The notes under the pieces: model-generated
Databases searched by the model: none
What the model saw: the letters and a program-made list of their open reading frames with translations, nothing else
Told to the model about the DNA's origin: nothing
Position numbers and translations under genes: made by a program
Shown: in pieces, positions 60,691-64,000 of the stretch
Layout of the letters: every line of letters starts with the position of its first letter
Numbering within the stretch: the first letter of the stretch is position 1
Assembly (NCBI RefSeq): GCF_018977255.1
Contig: NW_024704743.1
Span: forward strand, 38,070,001 to 38,134,000
Direction: 5' to 3'
DNA length: 64,000 bases
Source: Callorhinchus milii
Taxonomy: Eukaryota

Positions 60691-63089
60691 TACCTTATCA
60701 ATATCCTTGTTAACTCCCTCTGGATTTTTCTAATACTTTGCCTTCTTAAATTCTTGATTAGTATGTAACAACCTCTATAATTATACTTTACAAATGTAAA
60801 GGACCTCACTTTCACTGCGTTTGCACTCAGCCTTAGACAAAGCTGAAATTGGGGACTTGGTGTATAGGAATTGTGGCTGTGGAGTTCAACCGAGTGTTTG
60901 CAATGCAAGAGTGTTTCACTTTCATCACTTTGCTCTAATGTAATGGTTCTGTATTCTATCTTAAATGTTTTTGACTTTTGTGCATGTAGTGAAGCTCTTT
61001 AACTTTAGAAAAGGCCACTTGCTTCTTCAACATAGCTTTCTGACATAATATTGGGGAGAGAAAATAGGCTTCTTGTAATTTTACCACTTGTAACAGTTTC
61101 ATGTGTTGCCGCCACAAAAAGAGGGAGACGGGGGTTACGTATCTCATATTTCTTATTTTGTGCTACTAAAAATAAGCAACACATCAGTGATATATTGGTA
61201 ATGTTATCTTCAGCTGATCATTATATGGACTTAATGATTTGTTGATGTTCTTGTGCCCTTCAGACTGAAGGCTGTAGACACAGCTGGATCAGCCACTTGC
61301 TGCATAGAGCTTGGCCGTTGGCAGCAGCTGATGTTCTGGTTTAGAAGCTAATATTTTTACTACATTGCACATCACTCCCCCATTCTCTGATGAAGAGAAA
61401 ACCGGCAACCCAGTCTTAAGTAACTTCCCTGCCCACTTGAGTTGTTCAGTTTTACTATAGATGCAACAGTGTGGCCTGGGGTGTCCTCTCGCCAGTTTGA
61501 TCAAGAACCAAGTTCTTGATCTTTCAAAATCTTTTATTTTTCCTGATGGAGAACTGGCCAATGTCCTGAAGGCATGACCAGAATGGGGAATGTGCTATTG
61601 AAGGGAATTGTAAGCTCCACTTTACTGAGTCTGTGCTCCACGTACTGAGAAACAGAGCCTCTTTGAAGCACCAACATGCTGTGCCAACATGCTTCCAGTT
61701 AGCTGAAAGCTGCTGAAAAAGGTTTTGTTTAAGGACAGCTGTGAGTAATCTGACTGAACACAGCAGGGTGACTAGAGGCACTTCACGTGGGTCTGCTTCA
61801 CAAGGACATGGGGGGGAGTGGTGAGGTCGGTCATTTCAGAGGCCGTTAAAGTGGAGGGATGTGTGAACCACAAGGTATGTGGGTATGGGTGCCTGTGCTG
61901 TCCATAGGATTTTCTTTGTTGGAAAAGCTATTACCTAAAAGAAGCAGACATTATTGTTTTTATTTTATTACATAACCAGTGATATTGCTATGTGTATATA
62001 TAAAAATAAGACTGTTGATATGCCTGGAAACTTTGTGTTTGGGACTGGAACAGAAATGGTGAGTACATTCAGGTTCAAAGCACAATATATGTTTTGGCGG
62101 ATTTTTTTTGAAGTGATAGTTTTTGGAGCTTTTATAGCATTCAGCCTAATTTGTAAACTTCCTAAAAGAAGTGTTGGTGGTGCAAATCTGCCATTCATTT
62201 TATTTTGCCTGATTTGGATTTCGATTCTTTTTTTATTGCACCTTCTACAAGTATATGCTGGTTGCTTTGTGTTTCTGTGCTAATTTACCGTGGCAGTGTT
62301 ACACGACAGTATTACATTTCTGACATATACAAATTTGTGCTTTGATATGGGTTACAAACTGCCGGGCAAGATCATTACATGGATGATGGGAAGAACAGTT
62401 GGTTTGTCCTGTGAAGACCCTTGGGGAGAAGGGGGAGGGTTGCTAGAGTGGCACATCTGTACTGGTAGCTGGGGGAGGGGGGGTGTTGTATGTACTGATG
62501 GTATTTTTCTTCATTCATGATCACTGAATTATTTTACTCGCCTGCTTTGGTGAATATTGATTCACCATTGATCTTTATTTCTTCATCGTTATTCCCCCGC
62601 CCCCATTTTATATTTTTTCTGTCTCCTTGGTTTTTACAATTTATACTCTGAGATTATGCTTGTTTGTGGGACATTGCCGTATGCAAATTGACTGTTGGAT
62701 TTGCCTACGAATGTAGTCACCACTCTTTACATTATAACCTGTGAAGTGCTAATGTAAAGTGTAGTGACTGTATCTTACAATACAAATGTAGGAAAGCCGC
62801 AATATCCAAGGATTATTTATTATTATGACCGGGGGTAGCACAGAGATGTACACAGGAACCACCAATACTTGCTGTGACCAGCCATTAAAGAGGAAGTTGG
62901 GAATTTAGTGCAAACAGTTGACCAGGGATTTGGCCTGTGCTGTGCTGCAGATTTCAGTTTATGACTGAGGCAAGATTAGCAATTTACTGTCTGGGGAAAT
63001 CCCAGTGCAAATGTAATTTGAGTCTGGGATTAGAATTGCAGCCTTCTAGTCTGAGGCACAATGAGCAAACTCGTGCTTTTAGCAGTTTC

Positions 63090-63500
63090 CCCCCCCCCCT
63101 CTTATTCCGAAAGCATTGACGCATGCCGGGTTATAATCCCACAGGTACCATGCACTCTCCAGTACCTCACCCATCATTTGTGAGCCAAATTAACAAGTAT
63201 CGGCAGACTAGCCGACCATGATGGGGTGGGAGGCAGGGGAGGGTTGTGTCATCACAGCTGAAATTTGTCTTCATTCATCCGACGTGCACAGACACATGCA
63301 CGCTTTCCAGCAGTAACTACAGAATGGTGATCAGAACAAGAGCAGGAATCCTTGGTCATATGATTTTCTCCCTCCAGCCCAGGAGGGCTAAGGTTAATTG
63401 TAGTTTTTTATGCGTATCCCTACTGAGATCAACTCTCACTCCACTCTGTGGAACATACCAAAGGTCAAACTTCTACCTTCCTGGTGTCTATGGCATTGTT
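63090..63500 (-). mobile_element. Ancient SINE-like family, near full-length copy
   Basis: gtacctcaccca ... catcacagctga ... ctttccagcag ... gagcaggaatccttgg ... ctgagatcaact; reverse of the 37945 and 32650 copies. Confidence 0.6.
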
Positions 63501-64000
63501 TCACACTGGACAGTGACTTTATTAACTAACAGGGCATTTGATTGGTCCTAATATTGCATATGAATTTGTCATATTTTTAGAACTGGCATCAAATCTGTAA
63601 GTAACTTTAAGGCAGAGGAGAGAATTAATGGTTGTCATTTGGATCAATCTCCCTTTTAGCATTTAATGATCTCTTTTTCTGCTGAAGACAATGCAGCTGT
63701 GATGCTGGACCCAAGGGAGTGTGGTCTGTGGAAAGCAATTGACCATTCTTGAATAAGGAAGTATTTTGCTCTATCAACTTGGGGTAGGTCAGAGAAAACA
63801 TTTTCAGAACTTTCCCTACGATTAAATCTGTTTGTTAAAGAACACGATAGAATAGATTGCTCAGGCTTGCGATTGTCGTGGTCTTGATGTGCTGGATTTT
63901 CTCCAAATTTGCTCTTCCACAGCTCTTCCAAATTTACTTGTTCCTCCCTCACCCCATTTCATCAGTGGTGACAGGGCCTTCAATCACATTACTATTGCTT

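Noticed and set aside
61499..61521. Perfect 10-bp hairpin gatcaagaac-caa-gttcttgatc
   Set aside because: Short enough to occur by chance in 64 kb; no context suggesting function.
1..64000. CRISPR arrays, operons, rRNA or other prokaryotic systems
   Set aside because: No regularly spaced repeats, long ORFs or rRNA-like sequence; the sequence is vertebrate intronic DNA.

Overview
Eukaryotic (vertebrate) genomic DNA, not prokaryotic. The supplied ORFs are almost all spurious or are fragments of retroelements. The window reads as one or a few very long introns of an unidentified gene, most likely transcribed on the + strand: T-runs visibly outnumber A-runs on +, and the best splice-site pairs are on +. 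The repeat content suggests a cartilaginous fish, probably a chimaera such as the elephant shark (inference from repeat types, not verified). It includes tRNA-Ala-like SINEs sharing a 3' tail with L2 LINEs, older Deu-domain SINEs, CR1 and L2 fragments, hAT- and Tigger-like MITEs, a 250-bp TA-flanked hairpin element and an unclassified repeat family of at least 500 bp. Two credible + strand exons were found. The first (11002-11111) has a long AG-poor acceptor region, and in it a stop codon is followed 2 nt later by an ATG whose frame runs open into the second exon (28081-28169). This is a possible stop/re-start splicing switch and is the most interesting signal here. No complete protein-coding gene, RNA gene or CRISPR array is supported. 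Repeat boundaries were read by eye and are approximate.
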